32,000 nt of DNA from Vibrio alginolyticus NBRC 15630 = ATCC 17749 (GCF_000354175.2 NC_022359.1:30001-62000); one strand, 5' to 3'; numbered from the stretch's first letter, positions 9,856-18,691 are shown. The notes: generated from the letters alone by a model not told the origin. Made by a program: numbers and translations.

Positions 9856-9891
9856 CAAAAAAAATCCCTCTCAAGTGAGAGGGATTTTTTT
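9856..9891. terminator. Strong bidirectional rho-independent terminator after malK
   Basis: AAAAAAAATCCCTCTCAagTGAGAGGGATTTTTTT. A GC-rich stem is flanked by an A-run and a T-run, 17 nt after the malK stop. Confidence 0.85.
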
Positions 9892-10231
9892 ATCTTAATA
9901 AATATCAGCAATTCGATACTAAATCATTAATCGTGAACGAATCAAATCACCCGTTTCTTCTACCCTCACATAAACCATTGTCTTTGTACTGATACTTCAT
10001 TTTTAATACTTTTCCTCATTCCTCATAAGTAAGTACCAGCTTTTTCCTAACCCGCCAAACTTAGCCAAAGGGCTAAATATCATTCTTATTTCCACTTACC
10101 TCAACAAAGCAAATTTTTACACTTATCAACGAAATTACACGTGACAAAAAACTCAGCAGCATTCCACAGAATGCTCTGTGCACTAACTACTAATAACGTT
10201 CACGACACGGCAATTGGGGAAGACACCCAAG

Positions 10232-10243
10232 GGCGGTAGCGTG
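10232..10243 (+). promoter_or_regulatory. ops (operon polarity suppressor) element, RfaH recruitment site, in the EPS operon leader
   Basis: GGCGGTAGCGTG is an exact match to the ops consensus GGCGGTAGnnTG. It is embedded in GGGCGGTAGCGTG as in JUMPstart leaders. It lies on the coding strand, 19 nt upstream of the first EPS gene ATG (10263). Confidence 0.7.
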
Positions 10244-10262
10244 TCAGAAGGGAAACTGAGTC

Positions 10263-11663
10263 ATGAAACAAAAAGGACTTATCCGCTCTCATGAGATGGA
10301 GTTCGCTTTTTTATATCGCATCTCAGATCTTGCTGTCATCGTCTCTTTTATGCTGCTTTTAGTGTTCAAAGACATGAATACTGCGATGGGGAAAGATTAC
10401 GTCATATTGGCTTTCGTTGGAGGCATCTCCTTTCTATTTATGGCAGAAAGCGGCAATCTGTATCGCTCTTGGCGAACCAGTTCGTTTAAAGAGCAGATGT
10501 TTATTGTCTGTGTTTCTTGGGCGGTGACTTCTGCACTTATCTTTATTGTGCTGTATTTTTCTGAAGTCCATACCTTATTTGATAACACAATTTTAGCGCT
10601 GTGGTTTGCGATTACGCCCGCTCTGCTCTTAGCATGGCGAGTAACATTCCGTACCGGATTAGCCTATTTGAGAAAAAAAGGATTCAACACTCGCACTGCG
10701 ATCATCATCGGCCAAACTCCTCACGGCATTACCCTAGCTAACGAAATTCAAAACCACACAGAACACGGTGTTCTTTTTGATGGCTTTTACGACGAACGAT
10801 CTTCCGACAGATTGCCAAATTCTGATTATCCTATTAAAGGAGCTGTTGACCACGCCCTTGAGCGAGCTAAAAAAGGGGAAGTAGATTACGTCTATATCGC
10901 GATGCCAATGCACGCAAAAGAACGCATTGCGTCACTTCTTAACCAATTCTCAGATACCACCGCAAATACGTATCTGATTCCCGACTTCTTCACTTATAAC
11001 CTTTTACATTCTCGTTGGGCGCAGATCGGCCAAGTTCAAACACTAAGTGTCTTTGATACACCTTTTGCTGGAATTTCTTCTTGGGTAAAACGGTTTGAAG
11101 ACATCTTGTTTTCGAGCATTATTTTGGTCTTAATCGCCCCTATTCTATTCGTCATTGCGATCGGCATTAAGGCAACTTCTAAAGGCCCTGTCATCTTTAA
11201 ACAACATCGGTACGGTCTTGATGGACGCAAGATTGAAGTCTGGAAGTTCCGTTCAATGACAACCATGGATCAAGGTTCCAACGTGAAACAGGCGACAAAG
11301 AACGATCCTCGTATTACGCCTTTTGGCGGATTTCTGCGTCGCACCTCTTTGGACGAACTGCCTCAATTTATCAATGTACTGCAAGGGACTATGTCTATTG
11401 TCGGCCCACGCCCTCATGCCGTGGCACACAATGAAGAATACCGTCAGATCGTGGATCGCTACATGCTACGTCACAAAGTAAAACCAGGCATTACTGGCTG
11501 GGCGCAGATTAATGGTTATCGCGGCGAAACCGACACCTTAGAAAAAATGGAAAAGAGGGTCGAGTTTGATTTGGATTACATCCACCATTGGTCGGTTTGG
11601 ATGGACATCAAAATCATCTTTATGACCGTTTTCAAAGGCTTCACTGGTGCTAACGCTTACTAA
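10263..11663 (+). CDS. Undecaprenyl-phosphate hexose-1-phosphate priming glycosyltransferase (WcaJ/VpsL/CpsA-like)
   Basis: 466 aa with N-terminal TM helices. The C-terminal bacterial sugar-transferase domain shows GPVIFKQHRYGLDGRKIEVWKFRSM...DELPQFINVLQGTMSIVGPRP. It is the first gene of the EPS operon. Confidence 0.9.
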   Translation: MKQKGLIRSHEMEFAFLYRISDLAVIVSFMLLLVFKDMNTAMGKDYVILAFVGGISFLFMAESGNLYRSWRTSSFKEQMFIVCVSWAVTSALIFIVLYFSEVHTLFDNTILALWFAITPALLLAWRVTFRTGLAYLRKKGFNTRTAIIIGQTPHGITLANEIQNHTEHGVLFDGFYDERSSDRLPNSDYPIKGAVDHALERAKKGEVDYVYIAMPMHAKERIASLLNQFSDTTANTYLIPDFFTYNLLHSRWAQIGQVQTLSVFDTPFAGISSWVKRFEDILFSSIILVLIAPILFVIAIGIKATSKGPVIFKQHRYGLDGRKIEVWKFRSMTTMDQGSNVKQATKNDPRITPFGGFLRRTSLDELPQFINVLQGTMSIVGPRPHAVAHNEEYRQIVDRYMLRHKVKPGITGWAQINGYRGETDTLEKMEKRVEFDLDYIHHWSVWMDIKIIFMTVFKGFTGANAY

Positions 11664-11673
11664 GGTTAAGATT

Positions 11674-12879
11674 ATGAAGAAACTGACAATGGCAATAGCA
11701 TTAAGTCTGTTTTCTACTGACTTGCTCGCAGAACCGATGGCTTACCAAACCGAGTCTGGTATAGAGTTGATTCCCCTCGTAAAAACTTTCTACGAGGGAG
11801 ATGACAACATCAATAAAGCGGAAAAATCCGGCAATGTAGAATCGGTCAATATTTGGGGTATAGAACCAAGCTTACTAGCACGTATAGAACGGAATCGCTA
11901 TCGCGCAGATATTTTATATAAGTTAAAAGCTGGCTTTTCATCTGACGATCGCAACGACTTCGACGACCACACTTTTCAGTTTTCCAACTTTTTCGAATTT
12001 AATCATCGTCATCGTTTAGTGGTTGATTACCGTTTTCGCGCCCAGCATGAAGTTCGAGGAGAAGATATTACCGAAGGTAATGGTAGCGCAATCGACTCAC
12101 CAATAGAGTTCAACCGTAACGATGTAAAAACCAATTATGTCTTTGGATCTAACGGTGCCAAAGGCAGACTCGAATTCGGTTTAGGCTATAGTGATAAAAC
12201 CTATCAAAACTATCGTGACGGCTTGCCTGGTCGCCCAAACGCTAAAACTAAATACAACGATTTTCGAGCTCCCAATGCACATTTGGAGTTCTATTTAAGA
12301 GCGACGCCAAGAACCTATTGGTTAGTCGGAACAAACCAAATCGTAACCGAGTATCAGCACCGAAATTCTGCGCAGCCATCGAAAGATAACAACACCAGTT
12401 TCTATTACACCGGTGCCGAATGGGAAGTCACAGGAAAAACCAAAGGCATCGCTCGACTCGGTTATCAAATCAAAGATTTTGACAGCGCTCAACGAGAGAC
12501 ATTTAAAGGCTTTAGTTGGGATATCGGCTTTGAATGGTTGCCTCAAGAACAAACTCTAGTCAGCGTGAAAACCACTCAAGCGGCGGTTAACCCCGATCAA
12601 GATGGCGATTACAACCTACAAACTCGTTACCGACTGAACCTCAAGCACGATTGGAATAGTTACCTTGCAACTCGCTTAGGTGCTGTTTATCAACAAGATG
12701 ATTACACGGGAATCTCCAGAAACGACGATCGGTACACTCTATCTTTTGGTATCGATTATCAGATCAAACGTTGGATACAGCTGCAAGCCGATTGGCAATA
12801 CCAAGATAAAAACTCTAGCCGATCGGGTTATAGCTTCGAACAAAACATTTGGACTTTAAGCGCACAGTTTTCTCTGTAA
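11674..12879 (+). CDS. Outer-membrane beta-barrel protein of the EPS export apparatus (VpsM-like position)
   Basis: I place the start at the ATG at 11674, which gives the signal peptide MKKLTMAIALSLFSTDLLA. The protein has an alternating amphipathic pattern rich in Y/G/D/N/R and ends with an aromatic-containing terminus (WTLSAQFSL). It lies between the priming transferase and the OPX gene. Confidence 0.7.
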   Translation: MKKLTMAIALSLFSTDLLAEPMAYQTESGIELIPLVKTFYEGDDNINKAEKSGNVESVNIWGIEPSLLARIERNRYRADILYKLKAGFSSDDRNDFDDHTFQFSNFFEFNHRHRLVVDYRFRAQHEVRGEDITEGNGSAIDSPIEFNRNDVKTNYVFGSNGAKGRLEFGLGYSDKTYQNYRDGLPGRPNAKTKYNDFRAPNAHLEFYLRATPRTYWLVGTNQIVTEYQHRNSAQPSKDNNTSFYYTGAEWEVTGKTKGIARLGYQIKDFDSAQRETFKGFSWDIGFEWLPQEQTLVSVKTTQAAVNPDQDGDYNLQTRYRLNLKHDWNSYLATRLGAVYQQDDYTGISRNDDRYTLSFGIDYQIKRWIQLQADWQYQDKNSSRSGYSFEQNIWTLSAQFSL

Positions 12880-12891
12880 AAAGGATTATTA

Positions 12892-13425
12892 ATGAAGGCA
12901 TTCATCAAATTCATGAGTGTAGCGTTGTTGCTATTTAGCACTTTGGTCAACGCTGACTCAAACGAGGAAGATTACTTACTCGATACTGGCGATACCATTT
13001 CCGTGCAGGTCTATGGTGAAGAAGATCTTACGATTAAAAATATTCTAATAACGTCAGATGGCTATTTTGATTACCCCTACCTTGGCCGAATCAAAGCAAT
13101 CAAAAAAACACCAAAACAACTCAAGTACGAAATAGAAACGGGCTTAAAAGGCGATTATCTCATCAATCCAAAAGTGATGGTCACCATCAATAACTTTCGT
13201 CTGTTTTACGTTAATGGCGAAGTCAGGAAACCTGGTGGATTTGAGTACCGTCCAGGGTTAACCATAGAGAAGGCCATCGCTCTAGCAGGTGGCTTGACCG
13301 ACAGAGCCTCACGCAAAGGCATTAACCTCACCAAGCATAAAACAGGTCAAACGATGGAAGGGGTCAGTATGCACCGCAACGTTGAACCTGGTGACATTGT
13401 ATTTATTGACCAGAGCTTCTTTTAA
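12892..13425 (+). CDS. Short OPX-family polysaccharide export protein (Poly_export + one SLBB domain; VpsN-like)
   Basis: 177 aa with a signal peptide ending VNA/DS and no lipobox Cys. Poly_export motifs are present (YLLDTGDTISVQVYGEEDL...DGYFDYPYLGRIKA) along with SLBB (VNGEVRKPGGFEY...AIALAGGLT). It lacks the C-terminal amphipathic helix of the roughly 380-aa Wza. Confidence 0.85.
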   Translation: MKAFIKFMSVALLLFSTLVNADSNEEDYLLDTGDTISVQVYGEEDLTIKNILITSDGYFDYPYLGRIKAIKKTPKQLKYEIETGLKGDYLINPKVMVTINNFRLFYVNGEVRKPGGFEYRPGLTIEKAIALAGGLTDRASRKGINLTKHKTGQTMEGVSMHRNVEPGDIVFIDQSFF

Positions 13426-13440
13426 GTGACAGGGAATCAA

Positions 13441-15621
13441 ATGAACGGGACTCATCCAAATAATCTCCAGATGAACAAAGTAGAACTGATTCGTTTTGGC
13501 CATCACTTCAAAGCGATTAAAAAGAATTGGCTAAGCATCGCAGCATTCACGCTTCTGTTCTCATTAACTTGTACTTGGTATATCTACTCCAAAGCATCGA
13601 TATACCAAGCTACAGCTACGCTACTCATCCAAGAGGAGCAAAAAAGCGCCCTTTCAATCGAGGAAGTATATGGCGTCGACACGACAAAAAAAGAGTACTT
13701 TCAAACGCAAATCGCCATTTTAAAATCGAATCATATTGCAGATAAGGTCATTAGAGAGCTGAACCTTACCCAATTACCTGAATTCACAAGCTCAGGGGGG
13801 TTAAATAAAAAAATCGACCAAATAAAGTCGATTCCTTTTGTTCAAGACCTACTGAATGTGGCACCAAGCCCAAAAGAAACCGCCCAGTTTTCAGAGTCCT
13901 ATTATCAGGCACTTCAAGCTTTCAGAAGTAAACTCGATATTGAGCCAGTACGTAACACCCAATTAGTCAGAATTCGCTTTCGTTCTATCGATCCTAAGCT
14001 TGCGACGACAATCGCCAACGCGGTCGGCCAAGCCTACATTGACGCAAATTTTGAAGCCAAATTGGTCGTTACACAAAATGCGGCTACTTGGTTGACAAAT
14101 AACTCTCAAAAATTGGAGGAGCGATTACGTAACTCGGAGCAAGCGCTGCAAGAATTCTTGTTAAAAGAAGGGTTGATCGATATAAACGGTATTGATGAAA
14201 TTTACGCAAATGAGCTAGAAGAACTCACTCGCAAGCTGAATATCGCTGTTAATAAGCGTATTGAAGCGCAGACGTTAATCCAACTGTTACGACGTAAATC
14301 TTCGCAAAGTTTAGACAGCTTGTTGTCAATTGATGAATTCGCTAATCAAGCGCAAATCCGCGATCTAAAATTGTCGGAAGCACAGGCAGCCAAAAATCTC
14401 TCTGAACTGGCACAGCGCTACGGACCTAAGCATGATCGAATGATTCAGGCGAAAGCACAGCTTGCTGAAATTCAATCAAGAACCCAGCAACTCATCCGGG
14501 ACATTTCCTTCAGTAAGCAACAAGACCTTCTTGCTGCAAAAGCGCAAGAGGACATGCTTCGAGCAGAACTCGATAACAAAAAGTCAGACTTCCAATCGTT
14601 AGGGTCACAAAAAGCGCGTTACGAACAGTTAAAACGCGAGGTTGAATCCAATAAGGCACTCTATGAAGCGTTCTTAAATCGTGAGAAAGAGACCAACGCC
14701 ACCAGCGACTACAAGAATGTCACGGCTCGCTTTACTGATAAAGCCATCATTCCTCTATTCCCGGTGGCACCACAACGAATCAAACTGGTACTGATTGCCA
14801 CCTTTTTTGGCTTTGCCATTGCTTGCGCTCTGGTCATCATCTTAGAAACGATGCGAGAAGTTATCCGAAGCACAACCGATGTGCAGGAAAAACTTGGTGT
14901 TACGTGTTTAGGTGTGATTCCTATGGTCAAAAAACGCAATTTGCGTAAAAACGGCGTCAGTTATACCGCGTATTTAGATGATGAAGAAAAGCTATTTAGT
15001 GAAGCTTGCCGCTCCGTCAGAACCTCGCTTCTGCTCAGATTAACCAACACGAAGCAAAAGATATTGCCCTTTACCTCTGCTATTCCAGAAGAAGGAAAAA
15101 CATCGACCAGTATCAATATGGCGGTGTCGTTTTCAAAAATGGAAAAGGTGTTGATCATCGACTGCGATTTACGTCGACCTTCCATCGCAAAGCGATTCGG
15201 TATTGCTGAATCAAGCCCTGGCTTAACGCATATCCTGACGATGGATACGCCAATCAAAGATTGTGTTACACATATAAAAGAAGCCAACTTAGATGTATTA
15301 CCGGCCGGCCTAATTCCGCCAAACCCACAGGAATTACTGGCTTCTGATCGCTTTAAAAAGTTGCTCGAACATTTTCAAAATAAGTATGACCGGATCATTA
15401 TCGATACACCACCCCTACTGTCAGTGAGTGACGCACTTATTCTTGGTCAGTATGCCAATGGTCTGATCACCGTCATTCGCTCAGAATCAACAAAATCATC
15501 ACTGGTTAACCTTGCGTTATCTAAACAAATACAACACTCAGTTCCATCTCTTGGCGTCTTAATCACACAAGCCAAGGCCAAGGAAGGAGAGACGCTTTAT
15601 GTCCAGAAATACGCCTACTAA
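13441..15621 (+). CDS. Polysaccharide co-polymerase / BY-type tyrosine autokinase (Wzc/VpsO-like)
   Basis: Contains a Wzz-type periplasmic coiled-coil region between two TM helices. The C-terminal kinase has Walker A AIPEEGKTS, Walker A' VLIIDCDLRRP and Walker B RIIIDTPP. The short Tyr tail is LYVQKYAY. I prefer the ATG at 13441, which has an AGGGA RBS, over the GTG at 13426. Confidence 0.9.
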   Translation: MNGTHPNNLQMNKVELIRFGHHFKAIKKNWLSIAAFTLLFSLTCTWYIYSKASIYQATATLLIQEEQKSALSIEEVYGVDTTKKEYFQTQIAILKSNHIADKVIRELNLTQLPEFTSSGGLNKKIDQIKSIPFVQDLLNVAPSPKETAQFSESYYQALQAFRSKLDIEPVRNTQLVRIRFRSIDPKLATTIANAVGQAYIDANFEAKLVVTQNAATWLTNNSQKLEERLRNSEQALQEFLLKEGLIDINGIDEIYANELEELTRKLNIAVNKRIEAQTLIQLLRRKSSQSLDSLLSIDEFANQAQIRDLKLSEAQAAKNLSELAQRYGPKHDRMIQAKAQLAEIQSRTQQLIRDISFSKQQDLLAAKAQEDMLRAELDNKKSDFQSLGSQKARYEQLKREVESNKALYEAFLNREKETNATSDYKNVTARFTDKAIIPLFPVAPQRIKLVLIATFFGFAIACALVIILETMREVIRSTTDVQEKLGVTCLGVIPMVKKRNLRKNGVSYTAYLDDEEKLFSEACRSVRTSLLLRLTNTKQKILPFTSAIPEEGKTSTSINMAVSFSKMEKVLIIDCDLRRPSIAKRFGIAESSPGLTHILTMDTPIKDCVTHIKEANLDVLPAGLIPPNPQELLASDRFKKLLEHFQNKYDRIIIDTPPLLSVSDALILGQYANGLITVIRSESTKSSLVNLALSKQIQHSVPSLGVLITQAKAKEGETLYVQKYAY

Positions 15622-16408
15622 CGTAAACCTATCTTGGTACCAAACGTTGAAAAGCCAAGAACAGCCGGTATTGATCTATCAAATGGGCAAAGTAGGTTCG
15701 AGTGCATTAGAGCATTCCATTCCTAACTCGATTCACTTGCACGACCTTATGACCGTCGATGCGCAAAAACAAATATCCCCCGTTAGAGCGCAATTGCATA
15801 AGCCTCAGATCAATGCGTTAAAGCGACGACTAAAGCGTATAACGATGAGCCATATGTTAAAGCGCAAGAAAAAAGTTCGAATTATCTCGCTGGTGCGTGA
15901 ACCGATCGGACGAAATGTCTCAATGTTCTTTCAAGCACTTCCTTTTTGGATGGCGGACAAATATCTAAAGGATGACAGCGCAATACGTACCGAACGACCG
16001 CAATTACTCCAAGAAGCATTTGATAAGCACATGAATCATCAATATGCGCTGCAGTGGTTTGACAACGAGATCAAACAACTAACAGGGATTGATGTGTTTA
16101 ACGAGTCTTTTAATCACGAAGTAGGCTATCAAACATACCATAACAATAACTTCTCGCTGTTGGTCATTCGAAGTGACAAGCTAACAAAGGCTAACTCCGC
16201 AGTTGAAGACTTTTTAGGTTACCCCGTGGATGTTGTTTATGAAAATCAATCAGACAACAAATGGTACTCGCCACTAATGAAAGAATTCAAAACGCAATTT
16301 CAACCTACACCCGAGTACGTTGAAGAAATGCTGAATTCTAAATTGACGAAGCACTTTTTCTCAAATGCAGAAATCACCGACCTTAAACAGCAATATCTGA
16401 CCAATTAA
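15599..16408 (+). CDS. Uncharacterised EPS-modification protein with sulfotransferase-like PAPS-binding motifs (paralog 1)
   Basis: 269 aa. The strong RBS AAGGAAGGAGAG lies upstream, and the start overlaps the wzc 3' end by 23 nt. The P-loop-like motif is VLIYQMGKVGSS (compare the 5'-PSB PKxGTT). The motif RIISLVREPIGRNVSMFFQ resembles the 3'-PB xxIYLxRNPxDxxVSxY. It is a paralog of 18692-19525. Confidence 0.55.
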   Translation: MSRNTPTNVNLSWYQTLKSQEQPVLIYQMGKVGSSALEHSIPNSIHLHDLMTVDAQKQISPVRAQLHKPQINALKRRLKRITMSHMLKRKKKVRIISLVREPIGRNVSMFFQALPFWMADKYLKDDSAIRTERPQLLQEAFDKHMNHQYALQWFDNEIKQLTGIDVFNESFNHEVGYQTYHNNNFSLLVIRSDKLTKANSAVEDFLGYPVDVVYENQSDNKWYSPLMKEFKTQFQPTPEYVEEMLNSKLTKHFFSNAEITDLKQQYLTN

Positions 16409-16410
16409 TC

Positions 16411-17463
16411 ATGAAAACCAAGATTCTACATATTATCAATGATCTTTCTCAGAACGGCGGTGCTCAGAAGTTCTTAGTCGACCTTGTTTTAGAACATAAG
16501 CCTGAATACGAAATCAAAATTTTGGTCTTGTGTGATGAAAATGATTACTTACCAATGCTATCCGCCCAAGGCATAGAGTGTTTTAACTGGCGCACATTGC
16601 CATTGAGTGAGAAATTCTCTTTGCTGCGTTGGCCGGATGTCGTTCACGGGCACCTCTACCCTTCCATTTACCTAGCGCTATTGGCGGTAGGTAAAAAACG
16701 AATCCAGACTGAGCACTGTTCTTATAACCGTCGACGTGACTATCCGCTGTTTAAGTTCATGGAATACGTCTTATATTGGGGCCACGACTTGACAGTCAGT
16801 ATTAGTGAAAAAGTACAAGATGAACTGGTGAAGTTCATGCCTCGCTACCAACACAAATATCACGTGGTGCACAATGGCGTTGATTTAAAAAGGTTTTCTA
16901 TGACGCCAAGATGCGCCAGCCACCTAATCGACAAACCAGTTATCAAGATTGGAATGGTGGGCCGACTTCACCAACATAAGGATCATGAAACGCTTATCCA
17001 AGCACTTATCCATTTACCAAGACGATACGAACTCCACCTTGCGGGAGATGGAGAAAAAAAATCGTCACTGCAAGAATTGGCAACAAAAATCAACGTCGCG
17101 CAACGTGTTCACTTTCATGGCGTAGTTTCTGACGTTCCAGCCTTTTTGAACGACATGGATATTTACGTGCAATCGTCGCACGTCGAAGGCTTTGGCTTGG
17201 CGGCGGTTGAGGCCATGGCAGCAGGCTTACCCGTATTATCATCGGACGTACCTGGTTTGGATGACGTCACCGGACGTGCCGAATATTTATTTCAAGTTGG
17301 TAACGCCACTGAACTGAGCCAAAAAGTCCTCCAGCTGTGTGAAAGTGTTGAGCGGTACGACGCTGCAAGTCAATACTCAGTCAATAGGGCCTCTCTCTAC
17401 ACCATCGATAAATTTCGTGAAGGTTACTATGGAATCTACCAGCAGCTTTGCGCCAACAAATAG
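16411..17463 (+). CDS. Glycosyltransferase family 4 (GT-B, group 1)
   Basis: 350 aa. The N-terminus is KILHIINDLSQNGGAQKF, and the C-terminal EX7E region is SSHVEGFGLAAVEAMAAGLPVLSSDVPG. Confidence 0.9.
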   Translation: MKTKILHIINDLSQNGGAQKFLVDLVLEHKPEYEIKILVLCDENDYLPMLSAQGIECFNWRTLPLSEKFSLLRWPDVVHGHLYPSIYLALLAVGKKRIQTEHCSYNRRRDYPLFKFMEYVLYWGHDLTVSISEKVQDELVKFMPRYQHKYHVVHNGVDLKRFSMTPRCASHLIDKPVIKIGMVGRLHQHKDHETLIQALIHLPRRYELHLAGDGEKKSSLQELATKINVAQRVHFHGVVSDVPAFLNDMDIYVQSSHVEGFGLAAVEAMAAGLPVLSSDVPGLDDVTGRAEYLFQVGNATELSQKVLQLCESVERYDAASQYSVNRASLYTIDKFREGYYGIYQQLCANK

Positions 17464-18676
17464 TTCCGCGCCATCGAGCCATCGCGCCTCATTGCTTGCA
17501 GCATGCCTATTAGTATTGTTCTTTATTCCAATGAAGTTTCGTGCTGGAGGAATAGCGCTAGCCCCATCTGACATCGCAAGCCTTTTGTCTATTGGTTTTA
17601 CTGCATTAGTGGTATTGGAAGGAAAAGCTGAAAAACTCATGCATCCCTGTATGGGGTTCCTCGTATTGTTCACTGGGTATGTGTTCATAAATGGTCTGCT
17701 AAATCGCGTCCCTTTAATGCCGCTAGTTATAGAAACTGTGCAATGGTTAGCGATTTTGTGCCTACTGAGCCTAATGTACGCCTATGGCGTGTTTGATGAC
17801 GAACGGGTAATGGTATATTTCACGTATCTGTTGTTTTTCATCTGTACGCTCGTTGCCTTATGGCACTTTGCTCAGGGCTATCAAAGTGGGTTTAAGTTAC
17901 TCGGGGTAAGTAAATACGGGTTCGGTGTACTGTGCTCACTACTGTACCTTTATCGAGATAAAATTCGCGCTTTCCACCTTTTGATGCTCGTAGCTTTAGT
18001 ATTACTGGTGTTGTCACAAGAAAGAAAAGCGCTACTTGGTTTTTGTCTGCTTTTCTTCTTTGACCAACTGCTCGTAAAAAACTTAATGAGAAAATCGCTC
18101 AGCGAAACGTACACGTGGACGATTTTATTAGCCTTAAGCTTTATTGTGTTTACTGCCGTCACAACCACACTCTACGTTGGGTTTGAAACGCTAGCAGACA
18201 CATTGGAAATAACCCAAGAAGACGTCTTATTTGCCAACCAAAGTGAAGCCCGCTGGGTATCGAATCTTCATAGAAAACTTTTACTTGCCAATGGGCTAGA
18301 TATTTTACTTCAACACCCAGTGTTAGGTGTCGGCGCGAAAATGTTACCCAACTTTATGATCAGTTACTTTAACTATGATGAGCTGGCGATCTACACCCAC
18401 AACTTTGTGTTAGATACCGCAATTGAATACGGATTACTTGGTATCGGTCTGCTGTTTGGTGGTTATTTTCTTTTTATTCGCTTTTGCTTCCGTAGTCTTA
18501 ATGAAAACAGAAAAAGCCTATTACTTGCGATATACGCCCTCATCATGGTGTTTTTCGTTGCGGTAAACACCACCATAATTTTAATACTCTTATTACCCGT
18601 CATGATCAGCATGAGCAACGACTCAAGGGCCATTGCTCATACTTTTCCGGTAAACCATCACCACGAATATGAATAA
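17429..18676 (+). CDS. Wzy-type polymerase / O-antigen-ligase-domain membrane protein
   Basis: Polytopic membrane protein with a Wzy_C-like loop (VSNLHRKLLLANGLDILLQHPVLGVGAKM...HNFVLDTAIEYGLLG). The start is uncertain: ATG 17429 overlaps the upstream GT by 35 nt, and ATG 17531 is the alternative. The ORF-track start at 17339 is rejected. Confidence 0.8.
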   Translation: MESTSSFAPTNSSAPSSHRASLLAACLLVLFFIPMKFRAGGIALAPSDIASLLSIGFTALVVLEGKAEKLMHPCMGFLVLFTGYVFINGLLNRVPLMPLVIETVQWLAILCLLSLMYAYGVFDDERVMVYFTYLLFFICTLVALWHFAQGYQSGFKLLGVSKYGFGVLCSLLYLYRDKIRAFHLLMLVALVLLVLSQERKALLGFCLLFFFDQLLVKNLMRKSLSETYTWTILLALSFIVFTAVTTTLYVGFETLADTLEITQEDVLFANQSEARWVSNLHRKLLLANGLDILLQHPVLGVGAKMLPNFMISYFNYDELAIYTHNFVLDTAIEYGLLGIGLLFGGYFLFIRFCFRSLNENRKSLLLAIYALIMVFFVAVNTTIILILLLPVMISMSNDSRAIAHTFPVNHHHEYE

Positions 18677-18691
18677 TCAAGGATAGGATAG

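Noticed and set aside
9930-9950. CRP-like sequence CGTGAACGAATCAAATCAC in the EPS leader
   Set aside because: The half-site spacing (GTGA-N10-TCAC) does not fit the TGTGA-N6-TCACA geometry.
13527-15287. Out-of-frame and antisense ORFs inside wzc (13527-13745, 14709-14939, 14961-15287, 15006-15209)
   Set aside because: They are embedded in a CDS with complete PCP and BY-kinase motifs, so they are shadow ORFs.
17339-17428. Upstream start (17339) for the Wzy-like gene, overlapping the GT4 gene by 125 nt
   Set aside because: The extension is non-hydrophobic, out-of-frame read-through of the GT4 C-terminus. An ATG at 17429 or 17531 gives a sensible membrane-protein N-terminus.
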